Origin: Carcharhinus longimanus
Lineage: Eukaryota
Length of the DNA stretch: 64,000 bases
Assembly (NCBI GenBank): GCA_030264375.1
Contig: JASCQW010000027.1
Span: forward strand, 51,233,723-51,297,722
Reading direction: 5' to 3'
Part shown: one piece after another, positions 50,733 through 64,000 of the stretch
Numbering within the stretch: position 1 is the first letter of the stretch
Layout of the letters: each line of letters begins with the position of its first letter
Notes under the pieces: generated by a model
Database searches by the model: none
What the model was told of the DNA's origin: nothing
The model's input: the letters and a program-made list of their open reading frames with translations, nothing else
Program-made: the position numbers and the translations under genes

Positions 50733-51439
50733 CTAAGGAGTTAATACAAACAAGTTAAACTTGGTTGGATGCCTTCCAACATTACAGAATGTTGCCTTTT
50801 TCACAGTCTAGCACCTTATCCTCTGCTGAAGTGGTTAGTTCCACGACTTTTCTCCAACTCAGTTATGTGTTCCATTTCATATCCCAGAATGTAATCAGAA
50901 AACATTATCCTGTTGGACCATGAATGTAATGACTCAGAGCATTTTCAACTATGATCACATACAATGACTTTTATTCCAGCTTATCTCCAGATAGTTCAAG
51001 CTACCCATTCTTATCGCCCTGCTTTCTTGAGCTGTCTATAAAATCTCTCAACCAACCATTTAGAATTATTCAATTTGTATTGCAAACCAACTATTTCACT
51101 TTTTGTTCCTCAACTTAATTATAATTGTATACATGTATAACATATAATATAGTATCCTTTATAGTCATTACTGCTTTTAACTTAATTTTATTCACTTCCA
51201 TTTGGTATTTTATTTCTGTCTTAGCCTTCCCCATCCTTTTCTTTCTTTCTCCATATTATTTTCTTCAACATTAGTTTAAACCTCACCCAACAGTATTAGT
51301 TACTCTCCCAGTAAAGATATTGTTTTGAATTATTTTCCCAGAAGAAACCATAGTTAATAACATTTAGTCTGAAATCAAGAATGGTAAGCTTAGTATGCAC
51401 TACAAGTTCTTTCATACATGAAATAAATTGATTCTTCAC

Positions 51440-52320
51440 AAGCACAACAACTTGCATTTATATAGGGCCTTTAATATAGCAAAACATCCCAAAGTGCTTC
51501 ACAGGGACATAAAGCAAAATGTGACACTGAACCATGAAAGAAGATTTTAGGACAGATGGCCAAAATCTTGGCTAAAGGAGGTGGTTTAAGGATCATCTTG
51601 AAGAAAGGAAAGGGAAGTAGAAAGGCAAAGAGGTTTAGCAAGGAAATTCCAGAGTTTAGAGCCATGGCAGTTGAAAGCAAGACTACAAATGGAAAAGATC
51701 TCAAAAGATTATGGGCTGAAGGAGATTACAAAAGATAGGAAGTGGTGACTCCATGTAGGGAGCCAATGTAGGCCAGCAAAACAGTGCTTTCAGATTGACA
51801 AGACTGGACGCTAGCAAGAGCAAGGCAAAGGTTTTAGACCTGAGGGAAGAAACTGGGAAGTTCACTAAGAGAATGTTGAAATAGACATGTGGATGAACTG
51901 AGGTAGGGGCAAAACTGGGCGACCTTACGAAAGTGGAAATAAACAATCTTAATGATGGGTGAATATATGTTGTCAGCACCGAGGTTGTGAATAGTCCAGT
52001 TCAATGTTAGCCTGTTATTGGGGGAGGGCTGAAGTTTTGGAGGAGAATCAAATACAATAAGCTTCCCAATATTTAACTGGGGGGAATTTCTGCTCATCCA
52101 GTATTGGATGTCAGTTAAACAGTCTGATAATTTAGAGACAGTGGAAGAATTGAAACAAATAGCGATGCGGTAGATCTGGGTATCATTGGTGTACATGTGA
52201 AAAGCCAACATTGCATTGGGGAATGGGTGGGCACCAAGGATTAGGAGATCAGAGGTAGCGAAACAATGCAGGAGATGAAAGAGAAGCCATTGTGGGTGAA
52301 ATACTGGCTAGAATTAGGTA
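51440..52320 (-). mobile_element. L2-type LINE fragment (decayed RT and 3' end)
   Basis: FHMYTNDTQIY (degenerate YADDTQLY) and LSDCLTDIQYWMSRN..QLNIGK. Confidence 0.85.
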
Positions 52321-53177
52321 GATCAGAATGAGTTTTGGGCGCCGCACCTGCGCAAAGATATTTTGGCCTTGGAGGGAGTGCAGAGGAGGTTTACTAGGCT
52401 GATACCGNNNNNNNNNNNNNNNNNNNNNNNNNNNNNNNNNNNNNNNNNNNNNNNNNNNNNNNNNNNNNNNNNNNNNNNNNNNNNNNNNNNNNNNNNNNNN
52501 NNNNNNNNNNNNNNNNNNNNNNNNNNNNNNNNNNNNNNNNNNNNNNNNNNNNNNNNNNNNNNNNNNNNNNNNNNNNNNNNNNNNNNNNNNNNNNNNNNNN
52601 NNNNNNNNNNNNNNNNNNNNNNNNNNNNNNNNNNNNNNNNNNNNNNNNNNNNNNNNNNNNNNNNNNNNNNNNNNNNNNNNNNNNNNNNNNNNNNNNNNNN
52701 NNNNNNNNNNNNNNNNNNNNNNNNNNNNNNNNNNNNNNNNNNNNNNNNNNNNNNNNNNNNNNNNNNNNNNNNNNNNNNNNNNNNNNNNNNNNNNNNNNNN
52801 NNNNNNNNNNNNNNNNNNNNNNNNNNNNNNNNNNNNNNNNNNNNNNNNNNNNNNNNNNNNNNNNNNNNNNNNNNNNNNNNNNNNNNNNNNNNNNNNNNNN
52901 NNNNNNNNNNNNNNNNNNNNNNNNNNNNNNNNNNNNNNNNNNNNNNNNNNNNNNNNNNNNNNNNNNNNNNNNNNNNNNNNNNNNNNNNNNNNNNNNNNNN
53001 NNNNNNNNNNNNNNNNNNNNNNNNNNNNNNNNNNNNNNNNNNNNNNNNNNNNNNNNNNNNNNNNNNNNNNNNNNNNNNNNNNNNNNNNNNNNNNNNNNNN
53101 NNNNNNNNNNNNNNNNNNNNNNNNNNNNNNNNNNNNNNNNNNNNNNNNNNNNNNNNNNNTATCATGCCCAGCCAAAC

Positions 53178-53380
53178 CTAAGATATTCAAGTTCTTTTCT
53201 CTTCTTCATTTCCTCCTTTTCCTTTCGCTTCATCTCTTGAATCTGCGCTTTTCTCTCATTCTGTTCTTCTCTGTTTCTGGATTCTTTTTCTGCTGCCAAA
53301 TCTGGGAATCGCTCGTCTTTGGTTTTCTCCAACCGGTTTAAAATTTCATTTATTTTTTTCTCTACTGTAATCATCTTCAC
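53178..53380 (-). CDS. CCDC25: CCDC25 exon 7 (coiled coil): [67 protein letters not shown](R)
   Basis: ORF 53162..53380; canonical splice sites; 203 nt. Confidence 0.97.
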
Positions 53381-53846
53381 CTAAAAAAGTGCAAATGACC
53401 AAAAATAGTAACTCCTCTGAAGATAACACCAAGTTGCTCCATACAGTCACCATTCATGGGCTATGCAATTATTAGGCAAGTGAACCTTCAACAGAGAATG
53501 CGATCTTTCCAACTATTCATGCCACACTCCTACTGGAGAGAGGTTGGAGAATTTGGCACCCAGTCAAATTTCCCTTCACTGCAGCGGGATGGGAAAATCC
53601 CGCCATATGAATGGTGGTAACAATCCAACCAAATTGTTCCTTTTAAACTCTATTTTATTTCAAGCCCATTGTACTTTAATTATTCAGTGCAGAATTCAAG
53701 ACCTCAAGTTTATAGATGGAATTTTTAAAAGGAAAAACTACATTTTCATTCAATGCCTCTCTTGACAATCTCCACCAACAGTTCAGTAGTAAACAAAAAA
53801 AACGAATGTTAGCTCCCATTGGTTCAGCAGCGAGTGTTGTATTTAC

Positions 53847-53950
53847 CTCTTTTTGTCGATGGAATCCTATTTGTCCTACGTCCATGTCACCAGTCTTCTT
53901 CAGGTTAGACCATGAAGTATACACAACATTTATGTTGTTCATTTTGCATC
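53847..53950 (-). CDS. CCDC25: CCDC25 exon 6: [34 protein letters not shown]
   Basis: Lies within ORF 53676..53957; highly conserved CCDC25 peptide; canonical splice sites. Confidence 0.97.
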
Positions 53951-55279
53951 CTATCAAATAGAAAATGTTATTGCTATAAGTATATGTAATTATGATACAT
54001 AACCATGCTTATTAATATTTTGAAGCAACAGCAATCTTCCTGGTAACTGGTCCCATTCTCAAGTTCAATAGTTTATAACAACCAAAAACTAGTCTCAAAC
54101 CAATAAGGGAGGAAATAAACAACCAAGTGTTAAAAAGAATAGCACATGATCCTTAATAAATTTTACTGCAGAAAATGTTTTAGCATGTGGCCTTAATCAA
54201 AGTGAATTGTGTGACAGACTGTTCAATTATTTCTGTCCCATTAACTACTTCACTAATCAATTCTTACAAGTTCGATGTGGTTTTTTTTTTGCAACTAAAG
54301 ACCTCCTGTTTATTAAGATGATGCAGCCGACATGTATATACATGTCTAAAAGGCATTTGACAAGTATTTCACATTATATATTCGTTGACAGTGCGGATAC
54401 AGAAGGGTATAATTTCTTTGCTTGCAGATGACGACACACAACTTCACAAGACTTCAGCAGGACACAAGACTAGGCAAATGGGCAGTGTTACAAATTCAAT
54501 TCATTGTGTTCCTGACAAAATTAACAATCTGTGGAGATTGTAACATTTAAATACAGGATGCTCCAATGCTCATTACACTGGTTTCTCACTTAGTAACAAG
54601 GCTTAACAAGCAACACATCCTGAGGCAGTCAGTTTCAGGAAGCAGGTCTGTGTCACAGAAATGAGAATGGGAGCAGGTCCCAGCTAAGTTTACAAATTAG
54701 AGGAAGGGTTGGGGAGGGCAGACTTTATGGAAAGAGTTGGGGTAAGGTGCCCCTTTGGAGTAGTGGTGTTCTGCGTGGTGTGGTCATAGATCTGGAAGTG
54801 TGTTTGTGAGCTAGTGTTTGAATGTACAAACCAGGGAGAAGGAATCTTGGGACGCAAGATCGAAACGCTGCAAAGTGGGCTGATGTTAAAGCAATCTGAG
54901 TGGGAGCAATTTTGGAGAGAATTCCAAGGAGAGATATTTGAATGTAAAGCTGGGAATCCCTTGCAAGAAAGTTTCAACAAGATTGTTTGATTTGGTGTTC
55001 ACTGACATCTGATTGGGTTCTTCAGAAATCCACGTATTGTGTCTTGGTTGTATCTGTCATTTACTCTGCAGTGTGGCATATCTGACCAGTTTTCACATGT
55101 CCCCACACTTAACTGGAATGTTAAGAGTATAAGATACATATTGTAAATTCTCTTTTTGTTTGTTCAAAACCTGTGGAATCTTGTGGCTTTGCTTCAAAAG
55201 CACGTGTCTTGAATCTCAATCTTTATCTACTTTAAGTGAAACATTATTGGTCATCCCAATGCCCTGGCCAAACATCTTA

Positions 55280-57080
55280 ACATGGCAGATTAAATCGAAT
55301 GCAGAAAAATGTGAACTGTTATATTTCAGCAAGAAGAATGAGAGTCAATGAGGATTAAGTTTAGGGAGTAGAGAGACCTGGGAGTTCACACACACAAATC
55401 ATTGAAGGTGGCAGAGTAAAATAGCCAGATTGTTAATGTTATAGAGCCCTGGGCTTTAGAAGTAGCTGTACACACACAAAAGCATGGAATTTATGCTAAT
55501 GATTCATTAAGTACATCATCTAATTCTGAACACCACACACTTTTAAAACAAAGTCAAGACCTTGATGAGCACAAAAAGACTTTAGAAAGGTACCAAAATG
55601 AAGTACTTCCTTACTGTGGAAAGACTAGCGAAGTTGGAGTGGTTCCCAGCAGAATTGGTGAATGTTAAGTTCATAAGATATAAGAGCAGAATTAGGCCAT
55701 TTGGCCCATCTAGTCTGCTCTGCCATTCGATCATGGCTGATATACTCCTCATCCCCATTTTCCTGACTTCTCCTCATAACACTTCAACCCATTACCAACT
55801 AAAAATCTGTCTAACTCCTCAAATTCACTCACTGTCCCAGCATCCACCACACTTCGGAGTAGCGAATTCCACAGATTCACAATCTCTGGGAGAAGTAGTT
55901 TCTCAACTCTGTTTTGAAATCTGCTACCCTTTATCCTAAGACTATGACTTCTCGTCCTAGAATGCCCCACCAGTGGAGGCATCTGCTCCACATGTACTTT
56001 ACCACACTTCTTATCCTCTTGAATACTTCAATTTGATCTCCCCTCATTCTAAATTTCAGAGGGTATAGGCCTAAACTGTTCAATCTCTCTTCATATAATA
56101 AACTCCTCGTCTCTGGGATCAATCTAGCAAACCTCCTTTGAACTGCCTCCAATGCCACATCTTTCCTCAAATATGGAAATCAAGGTCTGGCCTCACCAAT
56201 GCCTTGTATAGTTGCCACAATACTTCCTTACTTTTGTATTCTATTCCTTTAGCTACACGTGCACACATTCCATCCACTTTATTATTTGTTGTACCTGCAT
56301 GATAGCTTTTCGTGACTCATGAACAAGGACACTTAGATTCCTCTGCACCAGAACAGCTCGAAGTCTCTACCCATTTAGGTAACAAGTCACCTTTCCATTT
56401 TTGCGACCAAAATACATGGCTTCACTTATCCATGTTAAACTCTTACTGCCACATTTTGGCCCACTCTCCTAACCTTTCTATAGCCATTTGTAAGGTTCTT
56501 ATTTCCTCATTGCAACTTACTATCACATCTATTTTTGTGTCATCTGCAAATCTGGGTATAGAGCCTTCTTTCACTGTATCCAAATCATTAATATAGATTG
56601 TAAACAGCTAGGGCCCAAGGACCGAACCCTGTGACACCTCACTAATTACTTCTTGCCATCAAGAAAAAAAAGAGACATTTATCTCGATTCTGTCTTTTGT
56701 CCATCAGCCAGTCACCTATCCAAGCTAATAAATTACCCCTAATCCCATGTGATCTAACCTTCTGTGGCACCTTATCAAATGCCCAAACAAGGCAGATCTA
56801 ATGGAGGTGCTGATAAAACAAAGAGGAGAAATTGCATAATGTCAAGAGGAATAATCATAAAAGGCAGATTTTAAGATAATTGGCAAAAGAACAGGATGGC
56901 CAAATTAAAGTTCTTTCAATCCTGAATGCTCGACTTGAAAGGCGGTGGAAACAAATTCAATAGTAACTTTCAAAATGAAGTTGGATATATTCTGTACTTC
57001 AGAAGGAACAAAATAGGACTATGGAGAGTAGAACTAATTGGATAGTTCCTTCACCACCTTCTGTGGTGCATATGGTTTTA
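55280..57080. mobile_element. Old plus-strand CR1 fragment interrupted by a younger minus-strand CR1 (about 55675-56785)
   Basis: WQIK.NAEKCELL.F on the plus strand; ALEAVQRRFARLIP and RGDQIEVFK on the minus strand. Confidence 0.85.
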
Positions 57081-57288
57081 TCAATGCTGATAGTGAATTT
57101 CACACCATCTGTAAATATTTGCCTAAAATCTTGCGTGTAATCTTGTATCTTTGCTGTTTTGTTCAAGAGCCCACAATCATTGGCATCAGTATATTTCTAT
57201 TATGTACTCTGTCCCATCATACCCTACAATCCCCTCCTTTCTCTATCCCCTCCCTTCTCTAATGGGAACAGCTCCACATAATCATTAC

Positions 57289-57364
57289 CTTGAATGCTGT
57301 TAGCTTTTACAAGCTGTGCACAGTCTATTAGTACTTCCTTGGGGATGCAATCAATTGCCTGCCC
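57289..57364 (-). CDS. CCDC25: CCDC25 exon 5: [25 protein letters not shown](G)
   Basis: [13 protein letters not shown] motif; canonical splice sites. Confidence 0.97.
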
Positions 57365-57674
57365 CTAGAACGCAAGAATGAAATATATTAACACACTTTA
57401 TACACTTCAACACACTGGAGTAAATTTAATTTGTGATCAAATAAAACAAAATTGAAGCATCTCTCATGTATTGTTATACCTGTTGATCTTTCAAAAGCAC
57501 AATACAATTAATTATTTACAACTTTTTTTTATTAATGCACAATCTTTAGAACACACAAGATTTATACTTTTCTGGTAGCCGTTTCCCAATCTTTTTATTC
57601 TTCCAATTCCACTCCACCTGAAGATATCAATTCAGATGGCTCCATACATATCTGCTCCCTTATACAAGCATGCA

Positions 57675-60600
57675 AGTCAGGAACAGGAGTAGGCCACTTG
57701 GCTCCTCATGCCTGTTCCACCGCAAGAGTATAAAATTGGAGAAGTGTTGCAATTGTATAGGGTGCTGGTAAGATCACATCTGGAGTACTGGAGTCCAGTT
57801 TTGGTTTGCTTATTTGAAGCAGGATGTGGTGGCTTTGGAGGTGGTTCAGGGGATGAAAGGGTTGACATACAAGGAGTGATTAAACAGTATGGACTTGTAC
57901 TCGCTAGAGGTTAGAAGGATGAGAGGGGATCTGATCGAGGTATATAAAATACCAAAAAGAATTGACAAGATAAACATAGACCAAATATGTTTCCCCTTGT
58001 GAGGCAATCTAGAACAAGAGGTCACAGGTATAAGTTGAGAGGCGGATTTAAAACTGAGATTAAGACCTACATCTCGCAGAGTGGTGAATTAGTGGAACTT
58101 GCTGTCCCATAGTACGGTGGAGTCTGAATCATTAGATGGTTTCAAGAAAGAGATAGATATATTTCTGATAACAAACAGCTTAAAGGGATATGGGGAACAG
58201 ATAGGGGGGGCGGATTTGAGACAATGGGCAGATCAGTCATGATCTGAATGAATGGTGGAGCAGGGTTGAAGTACTGAATTGCCTACTTCTGCTCTTAATT
58301 CCTATGGTCAATATGATGGCCGATCTAATTAACCTTGCCTCCACCTGACAACATTTCAGCCCTTGGCGTATAGATATACTCTATACCCCAAGATATCCCC
58401 TAGCAGTATATCTACTTCTGCCTTAAAAGATGTCCAAAGACCCTGTCTCAACCACCTTTTGAGAAAGAGAATTCCAAAGTTTCACAACAAAAAAAAAATC
58501 CTCATCTGTTTTTAATGAGTGACCCCATATTTTTAAAATATTGATCCCTAGTTTGAGATTTTCTCACAAGGAAACTTACTCTCCACATCTGGCCTATCAA
58601 GTTTCTCCAGGATCTTATTCCAGCAAATAGAAGCCTAGCCTGTCCAGCCTTTCTGCACAAGAGAACCTGCTGATTCCAGGTATTAATCTAGTAAATCTTC
58701 TCTAAACTGCTTCCAAATCACTCACATTTCCTTAAATAAGGAAGCCAGTACTGTCCACAGTATTCCACATGTGGTCTCACCAATGTCCTGTATAACTGAA
58801 GCACAATCTCCCTACTCTTGTATTCAAATCCCTCACGATAAACATCAACATTCAATTAGCTTTGCTAATTACTTGTCTCACTTGCACACTAGGTTCATGC
58901 ACTAAGACACCCAGATCCCTTTGCATCTCAGAGCTCTGCAATCTCTCATCATTCAGATAATATGCTTTTTTAAAAATTTGTCAAAATGGACAATCTCACA
59001 TTTTCCCCACATTATAGTCCATTTGCTAGATCTTTGCCCGCTCACTTAACCTACTTAGCCTCCTTATGCCCTCTTTACAATTTAGCTTTCATACCTTTGT
59101 CATTAACAAAGGTAACAACCATACTATTGGGCCTTCATCCAAATCATTTCTACAAATTGTGAAGAGTTCAAGCCCCTTTGGCACACCATTAGTCACATCC
59201 TGCCAACCAATAAAAGACTACATTTATTCTACCGTGTTACCTCCTACACCACAATTTTTTATTTTTCCCCATTAACTTTTGGTAAGACATCAGATCAAAT
59301 GCCTTCTGAAAATTTAAGTACATCCACGGGTTCCCCTTTATCCACAGCACATGACCCCTTCAAGGAACTCTAATAAATGGGTTCAATACAATTTCCGATT
59401 ACACTGAATTATCTAAGTGCTATTAATACATCTTTAATAAATAAATTCTAACATTTTCCCTATGACAGATGTTAAGCTAACTAGCCTGTAGTTTCCTGCT
59501 TTATTTCTCTTCCCACGCTCAACACTGCCTTTTTGAATCAAGGAGTCACATTAGTAATTTTCCAATCTAATGGAAACTTTCCCAAACTTCGTGAACTTTG
59601 GAAAATTGAAACCAAANNNNNNNNNNNNNNNNNNNNNNNNNNNNNNNNNNNNNNNNNNNNNNNNNNNNNNNNNNNNNNNNNNNNNNNNNNNNNNNNNNNN
59701 NNNNNNNNNNNNNNNNTTGCAATATAAATGGTAGGACTCTGAAGAGTGCAGTAGAACAGAAGGATTTGGGAATACAGGTACGTGATTATCTAAAAGTGTC
59801 ATCACAGATCCCTATCTGTGTTTCAATATTGTTTTGATGGCAATGTTTATAGTAAAATCCAACTTGATTTTGTGATTTTGTGTCGTAAAGAGTTTTTGGT
59901 CCATTGGCCTTTATGAATCAACGCACTGAGTATAAGAATTGGAATGTTATAGTGATGTTGTATAAGACAATGGTGAGGCTGTATTTAGATTATTGTGTGA
60001 AGTTTTGGTCACCTAATTACAGGAAGGATATTAACACGGTTGAAAGGGTACAGAGAAGGTTTACAAGGATGTTGCCGGGACTTGAGAAACTGAGTCATAG
60101 AGAAAGGTTGAATAGGTTATGAAATAGGTTAGGAGTTTATTCCCTGGAGCATAGAAGAATGATGGGAAATTTGATAGAGGTGTATAAAATTATGATGGAT
60201 ATAGATAGAGTGAATGCGAGAAGGCTTTTTCCACTGAGGCTAGGAGAGAAAAAACTAGAGGACATGGGTTAAGGGTGAAGGGGGGAAAGTTTAAAGGGAA
60301 TATTAGGGGAGGCTTCTTCACGCAGAGAGTGATGGGAGTGTGGAATGAGCTGTCAGATGAACTGGTGAATGCGGATTCACTTTTAACATTTAAGAAAAAC
60401 TTGGACAGGTACATGGAAGAGAGGGGTGTGGAGGGATATGGTCCAGGTGCAGATCAATGGGACTAGGCAGAAAAATGATATGGCGCAGCCAAGAAGGGCC
60501 AAAAGGCCGGTTTCTGTGTTGTAATGTTCTATGGTTCTATCCTATGGATCAGGCGATGCCTGCCCATAGATCTTTGAAAGTTGCAGCGTCAGTTGAGAAG

Positions 60601-61900
60601 GCGGTGAAACATAAACTTGGGTTGTTTGCTCTTATAAATCGAGGTATTTGCACAAAGGCAAGAGCATTCTACTAATACTTCGCAAAATATGTATGTTCGG
60701 ACCCCAGTTGGAGTGACATGACAAAGTCTGCACAACATACTTCAGGAAAGATGCCAATGCTTTCGAAAAGGTGCTGAAGAAATTGACCAAAATGCTCCTA
60801 GTTGTGAAATACTTTAGTCATGTAGAAAGGCTATGGAGTACGCTTTAAAGAAGGCCATGTGGAAATTTAATAATCATATTCATAGCATTAATCTTGACAA
60901 GTTAGATTATTTCCAGTAGCAGAAGAGTTTATCAACTGAGGAAACAATCACAAGATAGTTGACAAGACAAAGATGAGGAACAGTAGGAAAAGCGATTGAT
61001 CTGGAATAAAATTCCTGGGAAACGTTTGAAGCAGGTTTAATAATAACTTTCAGGAGGTTATTCGATAGATAATTAAATGAATGAAATACAGAGCTATGTA
61101 GGAAGTGCAGAGAATTAGGACTCGTTTCCAAGCTCTTTACAAGATCCATCACAAGTGTAATTGATCAAGTAGACTCCTTCACTACTCTCATTCTCTGATT
61201 TTACGAGAGGCATATTTTACTCGCTTGCTAACTGAACGTTAAATGGTAGATGTTTCAGATTTAGAGGACGCAGTAGCAGATCTGTCATTATTTTCCCCAG
61301 TTAAATGGAGAGGATAGTCTGATGTGCCTGAAACACAAATTCGATTTAAGGGAATTGAAAACTATTAGGTCATTGAAGTTGTTTTTTTTTCCAGAAACGT
61401 AAGTACTCAGGGCAAAGATGGAAAAAAACGGCGAGACAGTACAGGCGGTAAAATATTTTAGGGAGTGTTGGAAAAGACAGATCTGAAGGTCGACAGAGGG
61501 AATAAATGAATAGTGCAATATATGTCATCCCTGCATCGTGAGCTTTTATTTTCCGCAATGAACTTCCATGTGACATTTTATTCAAATGCCTTTTGGAAGT
61601 CTAAATATAGTACACCCTCCGATTTCCCCAGTTGTCCACAGCATCTGTTACTTCTTCAAAGGATTGTAATAATTAGATTGAACATGTTTCCCCATTTTTC
61701 AAAAAGGGGTTACATTCGCTATTTTTCAATCTAATCAGATTTTTTGCAGAATTTAGGGAATTTTGACAAATTAAAACGAACGCATCATCCATCTCACTAG
61801 CCACTTGACCCGATGCTGAAATCCATCAGGACCCAAGGATTTAATCAATCCGCAATTCCAAACAATTTTCTAAGTTCTTCTCTCCTTTCCAATTCCCGAC
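57675..61900. mobile_element. CR1-type LINE cluster (+ 57720-58290, - 58300-59615, + 59717-60540, older fragments to about 61900)
   Basis: Multiple CR1 ORF2 peptides (LYRVLVRSHLEY, VERVQRRFTRMLPGL, FFTQRVMGVWNEL). Confidence 0.85.
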
Positions 61901-62434
61901 TCAAATAATATTTGGATAAAATGATTGAGTGTAAAAAGCGTGTCAATAATTATTAAAATGTAGGAAGTCCCTGCAGTGCTTTCTGATTATACCTTTGCAC
62001 AAAGGCCACAATATGCCCTAGCTGTCATGAGTCATCAGGAACATGAATTCAAATGGACTTTTCTGTTACAATACCAAGTAGCACTCCCCCAATATCCAAA
62101 GCTGTGGTTGAGGTGAATGGCTTCAGTACTGAGTAGAAATGAAGCTTCCTGGTTGTCTCTCAGTAATCCATTCCCCCCACCATATCAAAATGTATTTTTA
62201 AAATATGAATCAGGAAACAATTCAGGATATAATTCATATCTTACACGTGGCACTTACTATAAGTTACCTACACATGATAAATATGCAAGTGATCAGACCA
62301 TCCTATTTGTGGGGCATAACCCGTGACTTTAAATTTATTACAAATTCAGCCTCAAAATTTGTTTCACATGCTACAGTTAATTTTAAAAGTGATTAAAGCC
62401 ACTTTAAAGGAAAGGGATCCAATTCAGACAATAC

Positions 62435-62486
62435 CTTGTATAGTCGAAGGTATACATGAGCGGAAGACAATTTATCCACGTGAAAC
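62435..62486 (-). CDS. CCDC25: CCDC25 exon 4: FHVDKLSSAHVYLRLYK
   Basis: NFACT-R (DUF814) motif WFHVDKLSSAHVYLRL; canonical splice sites. Confidence 0.97.
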
Positions 62487-62687
62487 CTAAAAAATAACAA
62501 TTCCAAGTATACATGTGATAAGCAAAACAAATAATGTATTATGCAGATTCAGAACTGCAAATTTTATCTGCACATTATTAACACAAAGGATCAACAGTAC
62601 CAAAATAGTGTTGAAAAGAACATTTAATTGTATGTAATTTGGATAAAAGTGCAGAGGACTAACAGAACTATATTAACTGTGACATAC

Positions 62688-62727
62688 CAAACATCTTCTG
62701 GCCACCCGTACTTTATTAGGTCTTCAT
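62688..62727 (-). CDS. CCDC25: CCDC25 exon 3: EDLIKYGWPEDV(W)
   Basis: Recognised CCDC25 peptide; canonical splice sites; phase-compatible. Confidence 0.95.
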
Positions 62728-63604
62728 CTGTTTTTAAAAAGAGAATAATAAGCTGAATATTTTAAATTTAGTCTGTTAGCCATCTAAATGATTTAATCCA
62801 AATCATTAAATACTACTTAATGTTTAAAAGATAGTGTTGAGTTGTTAATTGCTATTTGATAGATGAATTTCTAAATTCCAAGTCATTCATCACCCTCCCT
62901 GTTGGTCATGAAGCAATGAAGAAATCCCTGTTTAATCCTACGAAAGAAACCAGAAATGAGAGACTATTCCAAACAACAGCTGAAATTGTAAAGGAAAAAA
63001 ATCTCTCCCTGAAGAATGTCCTTAGTTCTGGACAGTACAGTGCAGCTAATCATTATTTTATCCAAAAACAGTGGGTCAAGATGTCAAAGTAACTCCATCC
63101 GCCAACTAAGTGTTTTACATGGCAATTATAGAGATTTCACTGACTCAAGGAACAAAGTAATAGGAACAGTTTACTGATGATACCAAAGGAAGGCATGGCA
63201 AATTCTGAGGAATAAACCAGGTAATTGTAGGCAAACATAGGCTAGCTGGGGATAGACATCAAAAATTACAGAAAATCCAAATCAGTGAATTAGTAGGGTA
63301 TGCAGTACACCTTTCTGATTTAGCAAATAACTGATTTGCTTCTCAAAATATGTACCCAATTTGATATGGCGAGCCAAGCTATTTGTCCTTATTTGTCTCC
63401 CGTGGCAAACTATTCCAAAACTTGATCAGTCTTGCAGTGATGAAACATTTTCTTACATTTTGACAAATTCCTACTCTTATGTACCAAATCTAGTTTGTTA
63501 AAATTATATACATAACTGATCCAGTTTTGTTTAAGATGAAAATGATTAAGTTACTATTTATAAACCATTTGTTGGAGAGTGGGGGAAAGAAAGTAGGCAC
63601 TTAC

Positions 63605-63652
63605 TTTCATATTTATCCTTTCCCATATATATTGTATATGGTGAAGAAACCA
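63605..63652 (-). CDS. CCDC25: CCDC25 coding exon 2: VSSPYTIYMGKDKYE(N)
   Basis: Matches the CCDC25 N-terminus (YTIYMGKDKYENEDLIK). Canonical ag/gt boundaries, 48 nt. Confidence 0.95.
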
Positions 63653-63719
63653 CTGCAATAAAATAGAAAATGTAACAGAAAATTAAACATTGAATTAGAC
63701 AGAATAAAAGGAACAAAAG

Positions 63720-64000
63720 GGAATCTGGTGAACTGGTGCTGCAACAATAATCTCAATGTCAACAAAATGAAGGAGATTGTCATCAACTTCAGGAAGACTA
63801 GAGGAGAACATGCCCCTGTCCACATCAATGGATGAAGTGGAAATGATCGAGAGAGCTTCAAGTTTTTAAGTGTCCAGATCACCAACAACCTGTCCTATTC
63901 CCTGCATGCTGACACTAGTTAAGAAAGCCCATCAACGCCTCTACTCTCTCAGAAGATTAAAGAAATTTAGCTTGTCAGCTACAACGCTCACCAATTTTTA
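63720..64000 (+). mobile_element. Rex1/Babar-type LINE RT C-terminal fragment
   Basis: NLVNWCCNNNLNVNKMKEIVINFRK, then ESFKFL and VKKAHQRLY.LRRLKKF peptides. Confidence 0.7.

Noticed and set aside
54651-55282. Possible solo LTR (TGT...ACA)
   Set aside because: No matching target-site duplication, and the right end merges into a CR1 fragment.
1-64000. Prokaryotic-type systems (CRISPR arrays, operons, defence islands)
   Set aside because: The sequence is eukaryotic with spliceosomal introns; no regularly spaced repeat-spacer array was seen.

Overview
Vertebrate genomic DNA, almost certainly from a shark or other cartilaginous fish: HE1/V-SINEs, CR1-type LINEs and a Deu-domain SINE are present, and the draft assembly has many N gaps. 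Two multi-exon genes converge tail-to-tail. (1) On the + strand, about 557-41464 carries the 3' part of a cytosolic carboxypeptidase gene (M14D, AGBL/CCP tubulin-deglutamylase family). Fourteen phase-compatible GT-AG exons can be chained by hand, plus one probable terminal exon. The zinc and catalytic motifs are intact (RVHPGE, NPDG, DLNR, DLHGH, FTLEAS), followed by a long divergent C-terminal tail. The protein is AGBL2/AGBL3-like, but its intron-rich catalytic domain and its position next to CCDC25 suggest a separate, possibly unnamed paralog. (2) On the - strand, CCDC25 coding exons 2-9 span 63652 to 48475; exon 1 lies beyond the window. Introns are filled with SINE, LINE and MITE debris. 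Notable extras: two families of short Penelope-like insertions carrying minimal hammerhead-ribozyme motifs and internal inversions, a decayed intronic copy of a catalytic exon, an 87-bp near-perfect inverted repeat, and an in-frame TAG upstream of a still-open terminal exon. All calls were made by eye; no database searches were run.
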